A stretch of 64,000 nucleotides of DNA from Adineta vaga (GCA_021613535.1 CP075496.1:3906001-3970000), one strand, 5' to 3'. Positions 11,641 through 26,781 are shown, counted from the stretch's first letter. Numbers and translations: made by a program. Notes: a model not told the origin generated them from the letters alone.

Positions 11641-13832
11641 ATGTCATTAGAAATTGAATCCGCTGAGTAAGTGTAACATACAATATATGAAACTATTATT
11701 GAGCATATTTCGATGATGAATAATATTTGAATGATTTGATTTTAGCGTTATTCGTCTCATTCAACAATATTTGAAAGAAAATAATTTGTTACGAACTTTA
11801 GCTCAATTACAAGTAAGAGAGAGAGAGAGAATCTTTTCTCCTGAATAAAATGAAAAAATAATTTCATTTAGGAAGAAAGTAGTATTTCATTGAATACTGT
11901 TGATTCAATTGAAAGTTTCAGTAGTGAAATTCATAATGGTCATTGGGATACTGTTTTACAAACGATTCAATCATTGAAATTACCTGATGCTAAACTTATT
12001 GATCTCTATGAACAAGTAAAATATGGACTGATGAATGTAAACTTTGATATTTTCAATAAATGAGTTTTAGATTGTCATTGAATTAATTGAATTACGTGAA
12101 TTGGGAGCTGCACGTACTTTATTACGTCAAACAGATCCGATGATTATACTTAAACAACAACAACCGGATCGTTATGTTCATTTAGAAGATTTACTTACTC
12201 GATCATATTTTGACCCACGAGAGGTTTGTTTATTTTCAATTTTGATCAAAAAGATTTTTTTAGAGAATTATCATTCTTCATTAGGCTTATGCAGAGGGAC
12301 AAAATAAAGAAAAACGTCGTCAATCCATAGCTACTGCTCTTTCAGGTGAAGTTAGTGTGGTACCAGCTTCACGTTTATTGGCTCTGTTGGGTCAAGCACT
12401 CAAATGGCAACAACATCAAGGTCTTCTACCACCTGGTATGAATGAATTTAATTCTGAAGTTATGGTGATTGTTTCTTATACATTTCTCAGGTACTTCCAT
12501 CGATTTATTTCGTGGTAAAGCTCAAGTACGTGAACAAGAAGAAGAAACGTATCCCAGTCAATTAAGTCGTGTGATGAATGTGCGTAAATTTCACTTAGAA
12601 AAAAAGTTCTTTTTTTTTATTGAATCTATTCTTCATTTTAAAGTTCGGTAGCAAAGCTCACGTTGAATGTGCACGTTTTTCTCCTGATGGTCAATATTTA
12701 GTCACTGGTTCATTTGATGGTATTATTGAAGTATGGAATTCCACTACTGGAAAAATTCGTAAAGATTTAAAATATCAAGCACAAGAACACTTTATGATTA
12801 TGGATGGTGCAGTCTTAGCATTATGTTTCAGTCGTGATTCCGAAATGTTAGCAACCGGTAGTCAAGATGGACAAATTAAAGTAAAGTTTTTTTCCTTTTA
12901 GACTTCTCTAATCATATCAGAAATGATTTGATATAGGTTTGGAAAATTTTAACTGGACAATGTCTACGAAAATTTGATAAAGTTCATTTGAAAGGTGTAA
13001 CAAGTTTAACATTTTCGAAAGATAATACACAATTGTTAAGTACATCTTTCGATCATTTTATTCGGTAAGAATAATTAGTGAATTTGTCGTTTTTCTCTTA
13101 TCGTCCATGTTTAGAATTCATGGATTAAAATCTGGTAAAACAATAAAAGAATTTCGTGGACATGCTTCATTTGTTAATAATGCTATTTTCACCATGGATA
13201 ATCATCATGTTATAAGGTAATTTAGAGGAATTCGTCTTTCATAGACATGAAAAGACTATTTCTTGATTTGATTTAGTGCAAGTTCAGATGGTTCAGTGAA
13301 ACTATGGAGTATGAAAACATCGGAATGTACTGCAACATTTAAATCATTTGGAAGTACAGATATAACTGTGAATAGTGTGCATTTATTAGCTAAAAATGTT
13401 GAACAATTTGTTGTATGTAATCGAAGCAATACTGTTGTAATTATGAATATGCAAGGACAAGTATGTTTGAGAGTAGAAAGTTTTATCTAAATTCTTTTCC
13501 TTTTCTTTGTCGGAAAATAGATTGTTAGAAGTTTTACAAATGGAAAGAAAGAAAATGGTGATTTTATTTGTTGTTGTGTATCTCCACGTGGTGAATGGAT
13601 CTATTGTTGTGGTGAAGATATGATGCTTTATTGTTTCAATGTTCAATCTGGTAAACTTGAAAAAGTTCTATCGGTACGTTGAAATAATGAATAAGAAACC
13701 TCCTATTATATTATGAGTTATTTTAAAATTTAGATTCATGAGAAAGATGTCATTGGAATGTGTCATCATCCCCATCAAAATTTAATTGCAACATTTGCAG
13801 AAGATGGAACATTAAAATTATGGAAATCTTAG
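11641..13832 (+). CDS. SMU1: SMU1 WD40 spliceosomal protein
   Basis: [21 protein letters not shown] (LisH), [64 protein letters not shown]. Confidence 0.97.
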
Positions 13833-14170
13833 ATTTCTTGTTTTTGTTTGTACTGTGCGACTGTCTCTTTTTTTTTCGTGTAAAATTTGGAATAAATCAA
13901 ACTTCAGAAGGAATATCTTATCAAAGTAGTAGAATCTGATTTTATAGACTAATCGACTCGAGAAATATTTTCAAAACCAAATCACTTTCAAGCCCTAAGT
14001 TTATTGATAATGAGACTTATTGTCAACGAATTAGTATCCATTACGTAATTCATTGCTGTGCTAATTTGTCGAAGATTCTTCTTTTATATGTTCTGGTAAT
14101 CCATTTTTATGTAATGTACAATGCCTATGAATACAAATAGTTAATACTATTTTTGTGCGAAGTCATTGAA

Positions 14171-17100
14171 CTAGAAATCAAACCAGATATTTTTTGCATA
14201 TTCTTCAATAGTTCGATCTGATGAAAATTTTGCTGCAGCTCCAATATTATGTATACATTTCCAATACCATACATGAGGTTGAAGAAAATCTTTGGCTACT
14301 TCTTCTTGTTTAGTAATGTACGCTTGATAATCACCTAATACCATCCAATGATCACCACCACGCAATAATGTATCGATAATATCATGAAATCTTGAACGAT
14401 CATCAGGTGAAAAATATCCATCTCGAATTTGATCAATAGCAAGACGTAATTCTTCATTTTGTAAACTATCATATGGATTGTAACCTTGTTGTCGTCGTTG
14501 TTGAACTTCTTCAACTGTAAAACCAAAAGTATACATATTTTCTTCTCCACATTCTTCACGCATTTCAATATTGGCACCATCTAATGTTCCTATAGTCAAT
14601 GCACCATTAAGCATAACTAAAACAAAACAGAGAACTTTTCTTCTTGCTAACTTTCAACAAGAAATCATCATTTGATATTCACATTTCATATTGCCTGTTC
14701 CACTTGCTTCTGTTCCTGCTAATGATATCTGTTCCGAAAGATCAGCAGCTGGAATAATATATTCAGCGGCTGTTACACGATAATTTTTTACAAATAATAA
14801 TTTCAATCGATTACCAATCTCTGCATCATTATTGATTATCAATGCGACATCATTGATTAATTTGATAATTTTCTTGGCAACCGCATAACCTAATCGATAC
14901 AAAATCAATGATAATATCAAAAATATTTTATTCAAACCGGGTGCAGCTTTTCCACCAATAATAATTGTTCGTGGTACAAATGTATTTTGCTTATTAGCTC
15001 GATTATCTTTCTTCAATCGATTATAAAGTGTAATTGCTGTAAAGTAGGAGAAGAACATGCAGATCTTCAACTATTTGATCAGAATGTTCTTTACCATGAA
15101 GTAAGCAAAGTAATGCTCGTTTATATTCATGAATTCTTTTAATTTGTACATCAAACATGGATTGAACATTGATTTCAATATGATATTCATCTTCAAGCAT
15201 ACGAGCTAATCGTAATTTATTTTTTATCTAAAGAAATAGAGATATTTATTATCGTAGATCAAATATGAAATACTTTGATTTGTTGAAGACGTGAAAGAAT
15301 ATTTTTATTTGAAGCAAATTGACGAAATGATTGAAGTGATTGATAATGATTTTGAATAAATTGTTCTCCAATACATTCAACAATTAATGAAAAGAGATCA
15401 GGATTGCAAAGAGCAAGCCAACGACGAAATGTGATTCCATTCGTTTTATTTTGAAATTTTTCTGGTGTTAATTCATAGAAATCTTTAAACATTGATTCAC
15501 GTAAAAGTTTCGAATGAATTTGTGCAACACCATTGACTGTATGAGAACCAATAATAGATAAATAAGCCATATTGATTAATTGAATCGAACCTTCCTCAAT
15601 AATAGACATACGTCGAATACGATCATCATCCGATGGAAAATGATCTCGAATATTTCGTAAATGTCGTGTATTTATTTCATAGATTATCTGTAAATGACGT
15701 GGTAAAAGTTCTAAGGAAACAAAGCAACACTTCATTTTATTCAAAGAATGAATTCGAGTAGATAGTGTGTGTGTCATGGATTGTATACAAACTTTCAATC
15801 ATTTGAACTGGCCATCGTTCAATAGCTTCTGGCATTAATGTATGATTTGTATATGCAAAACAATTCACGGTAATAAACCATGCATCATCCCATGATAAAT
15901 GTTCGATATCAAGAAGAAGACGCATCATTTCAGGTATCGCTAATGATGGATGAGTATCATTCAATTGAATAGCTACCTAGTAGAATTAGACAATTATTTG
16001 AACGTAAAACAAAACGAACGATCTCTATTGATCCTGACCATTTCGGGCATACATCGAAAATCAACGAATGTAGCTGATATTGATTTGTGATGTGGTTGTT
16101 TATTTGGTATTTGTAAGTTCTGTTGTTTAGTTTCTTTTTTTAATGATTTTTGCCAACGTTTTTCACCTTTAAATCGTCGTAGAATATCATGTAAACTAGC
16201 TGCAATTAAGAAATATTCTTGTTTCAAACGTAATTCTCGTCCTTCAGCAATATTATCATTTGGATAGAGTACACATGTTATACCTATTCTCGTCAATATT
16301 AAAACATTTTTGTTTTTCAAAAGATTTGAAAGATCTTACGTTCAGCTTTGTTACGTTCCATTACGGCTTGAATATATTCACCTTCATTAAATGATTTGAA
16401 ATTAAAATCACAATCAGCTTTTGCAGAAAATAAACGCATTGTATTCACAATCTAAATATAGAAAACATTTAATATAACAAGCAATGACGCCATTGATATC
16501 TTGTTCTTCTATTTACATTGTTTTTATAGCCTGGAACTGGATAATCATAAGCTTCTGCAATAACTGTTTCATAATCTATCCATTGAAAGATATGCATTGA
16601 TTCATTCCAAATAACTTTCCCATAAAATTGAATGGGTATTTCATTTTGAATACGTCGAATCTATTTAGATTTCTCTCATGACATTATTCTCTTGCTAATA
16701 TTAACTTACTTCCCAAGGCATTGGATGTCGTAGCCAATCGTCAGGTACTTCAACTTGCCAACTAAAGAAAACAAACCAAATTTTTGTTTCAATCAATGAA
16801 ATGTTCATTTACCCATCGACGATTTGTTGTTTAAATATTCCAAATTGATATCTTATTCCATATCCATATGAAGGTATACCCAATGTAGCCATTGAATCAA
16901 GAAAGCAAGCAGCTAAACGACCAAGACCACCATTACCTAAAGCGGCGTCATCTTCTAGTTCTTCGATATCATTTAATTTAATATTGAGAGCTTCTGCTGC
17001 TTGTGTCATTTGTTCATTAATATCGAGATTAATTAAAGTATTTCGCATATATCGACCAATATAAAATTCTAAACTTAAAAATTAACACATCAGTTGAATG

Positions 17101-17567
17101 TATTATCGTATAAATAAGTTTACCTAAGATAGTACACTCGTTTACTACCAGTCATTTGATAAAATTGTTGTGTACGAATCCAGTTTTTTGCAAGAATATC
17201 TATCATCATTAAAAACAATTCCTTTTGTTTATTCTCATTAAACTATATCGTACCTCTCAATGCTTGTGATAAAGCTAAATAATATTCTTGTGTACTCGAA
17301 TGAAATCGATCAACCATCAATGTTAAATGTAAATGTCGATTGAAATTATCCACAAGACTATCAGTTTCAAATCATTAGTGGTCATATCTGTGTTCATAGG
17401 ACAGCTTACTTAAGTATTGTTTCGATATTTTTTATTTGATGTAATGAAACACGTAGATTTTGTGCTTCAGTTTGTCGATGACGTTCTTCCTCTTCATCAG
17501 TCGGTACATAACGAACTGATACAAATGAACTACGTGAACGTCGTTTATGACCTCCACTAACACTCAT
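14171..17567 (-). CDS. Glycogen phosphorylase, divergent paralog
   Basis: [64 protein letters not shown] (PLP lysine), [22 protein letters not shown]. Confidence 0.95.
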
Positions 17568-18014
17568 GAAGAAAAAAACAAGCGAAAAAAAATTGTTGTA
17601 ATATTTTGCGCATTTTTCAACTAGCATCCGTTTTGAAGACATTGATAGGAAAAGTATTTTCACAGATACAATGAAATATAGTTTAGTAGATTAGCAACAA
17701 ATTCTGAAGCATAGTGGTGAATTGTAACTTTCATCAATATAGATCATATGCCCGATCGAATAGCTCTGTCTACGTCTTAGTGTAATTCAAGATTGTACAA
17801 GAAAGAGAACAAGACTCACTGTTCTATTGATGATGCTGATATTCATCAAACATCCTTAGAGATGTACGTCATAGTTGAGATCCGATGAAAATACCCTTAT
17901 ATAATATATTTCAATTTATTAACAAAATAGAAAAAAAAGAGGTGGCAAATAAACAAATATAGAACTGATAGAAAAATACAGGCAGAAATAAATGAAATTC
18001 AAATTCAAACAGAT

Positions 18015-20966
18015 CTATCGTTCTATGAGAGATTGTAGCCAGTTCGTATGCATCGATACATTAGTCATGGCTGAATATGCTTTCTGAAGACCTGTTTTCG
18101 ACATAATACCAGCAAGTTGCCAATGATGATTATTAGTTAGTAGCATCGAACCTGCTCCAGAATCACCCTTGATAAAAGAGAATAGAAGTAGATAAAAGAT
18201 TTCATACTTTCACAAATAACTTACTGGTCCTAATAAACTCGAATCATCTGTACTAATTGCACAGAAAGCATCTTCAGCAATATTATTTAATTGCCGTTGA
18301 CATTCACTTTGACTTTCTTGATTATTTAGTACACGTATATTTAATTGTTGTTGAATAAAATTATCTTCCGTATTACTATATGATACAACTTTTAAGATTT
18401 CTTGATCATGAACATTAACACTAGTCGGTAAACAGATCCAATCTGTAGTTGATGAACGTTGTATACGTTCCGTTAATTTGATTAAGACTACATCATTTTT
18501 TACAACTGCATGTTCCGTATCCAATGGTTCATAATTCGAATGCTGAAAACAATGAAAGAAATCGTTTAATTGAGAGAGAAAAACAGAAAATTGAATACAA
18601 ACTATGGTAAAATTAGCAATGGAATAAGATTGACTATGAAGGAAATCTGTACTGTTCAAACTAAGATTATGTACGCCGATACGAATATCAAATATATCTT
18701 CAAAGGATCTCGGTTCAGTCGTTAGATTCCAATTACTAATTAAAATGAAAAGCTATAAATCAATCGTCAAAAGTATTCGATTTGATTTACTTTCGAAAAT
18801 ATTGTTTATCCAAACAATGTGCTGCTGTAATAACATTCCAACTAGAAACTAATGAAGCCGAACAAACATAACGTGGTTCACTATTATAATACTGTTGTTT
18901 AATTAATAATGCTGCAACCCATGGAAAATGTCCTGTTTCAACAGGTTGTCCATTAATCATACGTGCTCTTCGTACATGAGTATTGACTAGATAAAAAAAA
19001 ACGAAGAAATCGTATTATAATGCTAATTTCTATTCGAATAAAATCTAACTGATCACCATTTTTCGATTTGTTCTTTTTTATGGATTTTTTCCTAGCATTT
19101 AATCGTAAGCGAGCGTTATTAATAGCAAGCGATGTTAGAGTTTGAGGTAAATTAGTTGTCATACGTAATTTATTAGAAGCAAATGATAACATACCGACTG
19201 CACTTGAATTGCTATAGTCATAGCCACATTCTGTAGCATAATAAATTCGTTGTTTTCTTTTCGTTTTTCTTATCGAAAATCTTACCAATACATTCATTTG
19301 CTATCGTTTTTATACAACATGCAAATGAACCATTTCGATCTTCACAACGTGAATTTATATCACAGGTTGTTGTTGATTCCGCACATTCATTAATATCTAT
19401 TGATGAGACATACATCGAATACATGTTTAGATCAGAAGTGAAACGTAGTCAGTACTTATGCAATGATTATTTCCATCACGTCGATATCCCTGAGCACATA
19501 TGCATTGATATGAACCAACGGTATTAGAACATATTTCGTTATCTCCTGTACAATTATTTGATGATAAACATTCATCAATATCTAAAAAAAATAAAATTTC
19601 GTAAATGTTACCAATGCTTTCGTCATGACGAGTTACCTTCGCAATGCAATGGATGAAATACATCAAGTTGGAAACCTGAATTACAAACACATGAAAAACT
19701 ACCATTATTGTTGACACATTGACCATTCGAACATCGACTTCCATTGAGACATTCATCTATATCTATGAAAAACATATGAAATAATTTGTCGTAAAATCTC
19801 TTTAGTTGACATCTATCTACCTTGACATTGAATGCCATTCGTTGTTGCAATCGTTTGATAACCTGATTTACATGAACACTAGTGACATAAAAAAAAACTT
19901 TAATAACAATTTTTACGAGTAGAAAAAAATGAACTGACAAAATAACTTCCATATGTGTTATTACATATTTGATGTTCACCACATATGCTTCGATTTTCAC
20001 ATTCATTTATATCTATTCAAAATAAGAATGTTACATTTCATACTGTTCATCGTTTCTTCCTATACTTTCTTACCTTCACACACTGTTAAATTATTATCGA
20101 TAGGTGGATGTTGAAAGCCCGTTGTACATTCACATTCATAACCTGATCCATTATATTTAATACAAACAAATTGTTGACATACACGTGGTTCGAATTCACA
20201 TTCATTAATTACTAGAATAATAAAATTTTTATTCAAAATTCACTATCTTTTCTTTGGAGCAATTTACATTGACATTCACAGTGAGTTGAATTTAATTGAA
20301 CAAGTTTTTGACTTGAATCACATGGTAAATAGCATTGTTCAGCTATTCAAAATGAAATTATATTGAAAAACTAATTTCATTGAAATACGCAATTGTACCT
20401 TTATTTTTAGAGTAAAATATACCCAAGCCAATACCAAGACCAAGCGCGACAAGAATAATAAGGATTAGAAGGGTAAAGATATACCAATATTTCGAACATA
20501 TTTTTGATACTATTGAGAATTTGAATTATTTAATTGATATAGGAAAAGTAAATCGACGAACCTTTTCCTTTACTTTTAGGCTTTTCAAAATGTTTTTGTA
20601 GATCATATAAATTTGTATGTTGAGATCGAATCGAAGGACCGCGTGTATCACCACCACTAATATCACTTCAAGAAGTAAAATCATCATTCCAAAATCATTG
20701 AAAAACACATCTTCGTCATACCTAAATGCTGCATTATTATATCCATAGATATTATCTTGACCGGATCGATATGAATAAACGGTATTTCTATCTCGATTCG
20801 ATCTATTTAATTCAGTAGGACGTAAAACAATCGAATTGCCATCATGTGCGACATTATTCGATGAAGAAGCATATGGATCATTGACATATGATATTCGATC
20901 ACGACCATCCGATATGTAGCTTAAATTATCAAAGTGTTGTCGATTGGGATAAATACCGGCGCTCAT
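18015..20966 (-). CDS. Type II membrane protein with about 5 calcium-binding EGF repeats and a C-terminal S1 (trypsin-fold) protease domain
   Basis: Hydrophobic segment [26 protein letters not shown]; DINEC/DIDEC repeats; [20 protein letters not shown]; TAAHC, NDVVL and GDSG triad motifs. Confidence 0.85.
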
Positions 20967-22386
20967 ATTCTGGCCTTGTACATGACTAGAAGAACTAAAA
21001 TAAACAATGAGTATGTCTATTAGATAACATTGCACTCTTACACGTGATTCCACGATTAACAAACGAATTGAATATCTATGTTCTTTCTTTTCTTCTTCTT
21101 TTTATTTTTTGATAGTAACTGAAAGTCTACCTACATTGAATAAATCGTTGTATCAATACAATCTGTATTTTTCAAAGAAAAGAAAAGAGAAACGAAACAA
21201 GACAAGACGGAAGATGATATTGTGTTTTACAAGCTCACCTTTTTTATTTTAAAGATTTCTTTCTTTTTTTTTTCTACTCTTCATTCAATGTAGTTCGTTT
21301 GTTAGGTCAAACAAGTAAAAAAAAGAATGTAAAATGTGTGCATAAGACGCGAGAGAAAACGAGAGAGAGAGAACAACGGGCCGATGAATGGAAATAAGAA
21401 CAAAATGAAATGAAGACGATTTTGAAATGAATGCACACGTAAAATGAAGAACGAGAGAAAAAGGAAGGGAGAAAAAAAATCTGAGTACTTGCATTTAACT
21501 TCATGAAGTATAGAACAAGACAAAATGTGAGCCAAATAGAGAGTGAGAGAGAAAGCTTTATTTCGACTATCGAAAGAACATTAAATAACGTTCATACCTA
21601 CATATATATATATATATACTTTTTCGTTCTCTTGTTTTTTACTGTTCGAATTGTTCAACGAAAAGAGGATGAAGACATGGGAGTAACTAATCAATGATTA
21701 CATCGATTGAATTCAACGATCTATAACATCGTACCGTCATTTAAAGTTACTCTTTTATATCGCGAATTATCAAATATTTAAATCCTATATTATCGAATAC
21801 TTAATAGCCACCTTAGTGAGTCGTTACATCAAATATATTCTCATCGATTGTGACTCATAGATTTCTTGTTGAAAGAAGAAAAATGACTCATAGGTATTAT
21901 TAATAGCAACAAAATTATACTTGAGATTTAATTATCATCATTCCTAAAAGTTAAAACTTTTGGATAAGGTCTGTTGTTATGAAAAAAAATATTTTCGTTA
22001 ATTTATTCCACAGCTGTTATTTTATGGTGATGATATTAATATATTCTCAACGAAAAACAAACGATCATGTTATTTTACACTCAAATGTAATCAGTAACAA
22101 TCTATGTCAGATACATGATGTATTGGAATAAGATTGATCTGATAAAGAATAACATTTGCAATTGTATGAAAGGAGCAGATAAACTCTGTTATACTTTTAA
22201 ATATCAAACTAGTTATTGTTTTTATTTAATCATTGAAAATTTTGTCTAGACACTAGTGATATCTGCCTCCTCGTTCATCCTGCCTTTTTTGTGATAATAT
22301 ACAAAAGAAAATAAATGAGAATTAATAATCGATATAAAAAAGATCAATTTCATTCAAAATACAAAATGAAACTAAAATCGAGTAGA

Positions 22387-25300
22387 TCATTCTTCAGGTT
22401 GATCTAAATCATGATACTCTGTCTTAAAATTATTACGATTATAATATCTCCATTCATTTGAACTAGATAAACATCTATTCTTTGATTTTTGTTGTTGCAT
22501 CATTAGATGAAACATTGGAATAGATCTTACTGATTTTGTCCAATTACCATTTAATTGTGAGAAATCTTTGATATTGATCGATGAATTTCGTGATATAGTT
22601 AAATCGATTGGTTTCTATAGAATGAACGTTTTATTATAAAATATATTTCAAAGAAAACAAAACGAGGAAAACAAATGTCTGTATACACAAAACGAAACGA
22701 AAGAAAACAAAAATAGCAAATGAAATAATAACAAAATTTTCTGGCAGTTAGAAACTCACATCAATGGATTTTGTTGATGAAATTTTCGTAGTATCTGTCG
22801 AAAGATCTTTATTTGGAATTGTTGAGTTTTGTCGTTCATCCTTTGATTTCAATTTGACACAACGATTGAAATCTGTTGGTAATATATCGGAAAAACGTGA
22901 TTTACGACGTTGTTTTCGATGATGATGATCATTCGATGTTACCGATGAAGTCATTGAATGATCCATATCTGGATCAAGAAAACGATAATCAATATCATTG
23001 AAATCATCGGGTAAAGTACTACTTATTGTTAGTTGTTTTTTATGTTTTTCATCTTGATCATCATCCACAACATCCATATTTTCTTCGATGAGATTATCAC
23101 CAGCTACTGTCATTGATGTATTTGCATGTCGTTTGCTCCATTCAGTGAAAATAATCTGATAATCATGAAGAAAACTGGTACATAGATCATCACGTTTATT
23201 TATTTTTAATGTTTCAACTGTCGATGTGACGATTGAATGAATACTATCCACTGTTGATGAACGATGAATAAATTGAAGAGATTCAGATATCAATTTGAGC
23301 AAATCATCATTGGTTCTAAATGAATATGACCAATAAGAATACTGAAGTCCTTAGATACTCAAATTATTCTTATCAACAATTAGTAATTAATTAGAAAATA
23401 TCATTATCACTTACGCCTGAACGGATTTTGGTTTGGTATTAGTTGTTTGTGATGGAGAAATCGGATTGTTCTGTATTGTATTACTTCTATTTAATCTTGG
23501 ATCTTTATTTTTTGCTAATCGAGGATCACGTGTAGTAGATGTATCTTGTAATGCCATTGGTTTATATGTGAAATGATTAAAAGATAAGTTTTCATTCGAA
23601 CGAGTGACTGATTTTATTGTCTTTCTTCCTGATCCAATGATGACAAGAAATAATTGTTTTGTTTCAAATATCGCAGGTAAGAATAGTGAGGATATGACGC
23701 TTGCTGGACAATCTTTTGTATTAGCTGCTAATATATACATATCACGAATATAGGATGTATTCGAACATTTACTAATGACAGCAGCTCGTCGTGATGTTTG
23801 CATCGAATCGACATATTGCAAGAATATCTCATTATCATGAGAATTTAATGATGATGATGACGATGATGTAAGTGTTAAGATTAATACATCACGAACAGCA
23901 AGTGATTCTTGAATATAATCCCAAAGATCTCCTAATCGCAAACGACCAAGAATAGTCAATTTTTCAGGAATATTGCTAATTAAATGATCACTATCACCAT
24001 AGATATGAACTGATCGACATGGAATTTGAAGATCAGTCGAGTGGATGATTCCTCGCCATTGATATGATGGCTGACGATTGGGTGTCAATTGAGACCTTAC
24101 GAATGGTGGATTGCAATTTTCAAGATGAACTTCTTGAGAAGGACTATTAATTTTAGCCTTCTCAATCGTAGAAGGAGTAGATGAAGATTGAGAACTATTA
24201 TTGATAATGTCTGAGCCATCATCATTATTATTATTATCATCATCTTCATCGTAGATTAATGCATCAACACCGGTTGGACTTTCAGGTTCAATATAATCAT
24301 TGTCAGAATCATTTTCTGTAGAAACAGAATGTATGGGATTAAAAATATCAAAAGAAGACGTCAGTTTGACTGGTTTATTTGAATCCACTATCTTCGATAC
24401 AGGTGTTGAAGGAAGAGTTACTACTGTAGAAATAGGAAGAACCGATGAAACTATTGGATTACTTGGTTGTAATTTTTCTTCATGTATTGTAATGCTTGTC
24501 AATGGTTTCTTATCTTTATGCTTCGGTGAACTATTTGCAGATGGTTTATCATTGATCTTAACAAGTTTCTCTTTCGATGCACTTGGTTCTTTCTTTGAAA
24601 TATAAATTTATTGAAAGTAAAAATCATTTCTCTCCATCATCTCTTACTGTTATAAACGGTTGTACGAAAGAATCATTATCAAGTAAAACTTGTTGAGGAA
24701 CGTTGCTTCTCGCTCGTCGTGCTAATTCATCAGCTTTTTGTTGTTCAGCTTTGATAATCATTTGAACTTCTTTTTCAAATTGATCTTTACGTTTCTCTTT
24801 TTCTTCTAAATAAAAGATTGAAAATCAGTATTTCTTGGAAACATTTATCTACCCGGTGGTAACATATCTTCTGCTTTCATTGCCACAATTTGTTTTGCTG
24901 TTAATTCTTTCGAAAGAATTTGTTTATAAAAGAACTACAACATTTCGAATAAGTTATTTTCTTAATTTGATTTTGTATATTATGTCACATACATTATTAG
25001 TCATATTACTAATATTAGCAAGTAATGAACGAAACTTGTTTTTATATGAATTATCAACTTTGCCATAAATATTAAACATTTCTTCTTCAATTTGATGAAC
25101 TATTAATCGAATATCATCATTGATTAGAGACGTTTCACCATGTTTTTCTAATCTAATTTTGTTTTGCAGATAAGTTGAATACTCAAGTAAAGAAAATAGT
25201 ATATACATACCTCATTATAATTTTGTCATATAATGCTGTCGGAACTTTCGAACGAATGTCAATAGTAGAATCTGAACTAGTCGATTGTCGCTTTTTGGTT

Positions 25301-26319
25301 TCTTTCGTCGTCGAGATGAATTTCTTTCTGTTTGGAATTGATTTTTCAGGTTTCGTAATACTTGATATCGATAGTAATTTTATTGTCTTTGTATTAGTAG
25401 ATGATGATCGTATCAGATCTTTTGATTGATTTGATGATGATTTCTTAATTTCATAAGTTGGATGTTGATTTAACCAAGTACATAAATCTTCAATTTTTGG
25501 AACTAAATGTTTCTCTAATACTTGTTTACTTTTACTCTCATATAACAAAATATCGTCACGAGTTGGAACATCTTCATTATTCTAATTGATTAAAGATTGT
25601 AATGAAAATTTATAACAAAACAAAAATCAATATTTTCTCGTACTATTCCTTTGCTTCGTTGAATGATTTGAAGTGTATGATTAATATGACGACGAATACA
25701 TGCAGATGAACAATAAATCCAATCAGATTTTGCTGGATTATTGCAATCATGAACGATACAAGGCTTTTGATTTTTCTGTAATTATGTAATAATCAACTAT
25801 TTTCATTGGCATGATGTTTCCATTTTTTTAATACTTACAGGCAACGGTTCTGTTTTGAGTCTTTTGATCGATCTGTCATGAGAAATACTTTTCGAAAAAA
25901 TTCTATTTTCTTTAGTTTTAGGATTATCTGTTGAAGAAAAACGATCGGAATATTTCCGCTTGACTGCCATGGATTCATATGATTTTGTAGATTGTACGAT
26001 TGGACGTGAGAGACCTAAGAAATAATTAAAAATATACTTTGCTTTACTGATATTCAGATGAATTTTATAAAAGCATTACTATACCTCGGCACGGTGGACA
26101 GATGAATTGATCAGAATTTGTTTCCAATAATCTCGCTTGTTCTTTTGTTATTCCAACACTAAAATAGAGAATACATTCCTTCCATATTCATTATAACAAT
26201 AATCTAGTTATTTACCAATCTCCATGATACCAATTTGCACATGAATTACATTGAAGCATCCATTTCGTACGATCCCATGTTTTCTGACATAAACATAGAA
26301 GACGATTACTTAGATGAAT

Positions 26320-26350
<31 letters not shown>

Positions 26351-26781
26351 ATTGATAAGTCAATAATTTCATGATCTTGATCTTGTGTATTCTTCTTATC
26401 GATTAATGATGAATTACTACGTGAATGTATTGATTGATAAATATCTTCGTACATTCCTCGTTGAAGATTACGGTAATTTAATTTGGTTCGATTATTCCGT
26501 TGTGGATAAACTTTTTGATTTACTTCACATTCACTAAAATAATGTAATCATTCGTATTACATTTCTTTCTTTTTCCATAAGAAAATATCGAAAAAAACTT
26601 AACTGTAAATCTTTTTTTGTTGTATCAATATCTTTCTCGTTGAGATTTGTCAGCTTGTTATATAAACCTACAAGTTATTCGATTAGTATATGCAAGTAAA
26701 ACAGATGAAATTAGGACGAAAAAGTGATTGTTTTAACTAAAAAAGAAAATTTTTCACACCTGTTTTAGAATGATTATTCAT
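22387..26781 (-). CDS. DIDO1/PHF3-family protein (PHD, TFIIS-M, SPOC)
   Basis: PHD LCLCQK...CNSCANWYHGDCVG...FICPPC; CIVHDCNNPAKSDWIYCSSAC; TFIIS-M IEEEMFNIYGKVDNSYKNKFRSLLANI; SPOC WRGII...IPEKLTILGRL...WDYI. Both ends inferred from splice signals. Confidence 0.85.

Noticed and set aside
21285-21697. Overlapping Phe/Leu/Ser-rich ORFs here and at 31830-32180, 38499-38865 and 48303-48509
   Set aside because: Translations of T- and CT-rich UTR/promoter sequence, not credible proteins.
24300-24605. Antisense ORFs within real genes (also 1511-1714, 38939-39271, 58607-58822)
   Set aside because: Shadow ORFs of the coding strand.
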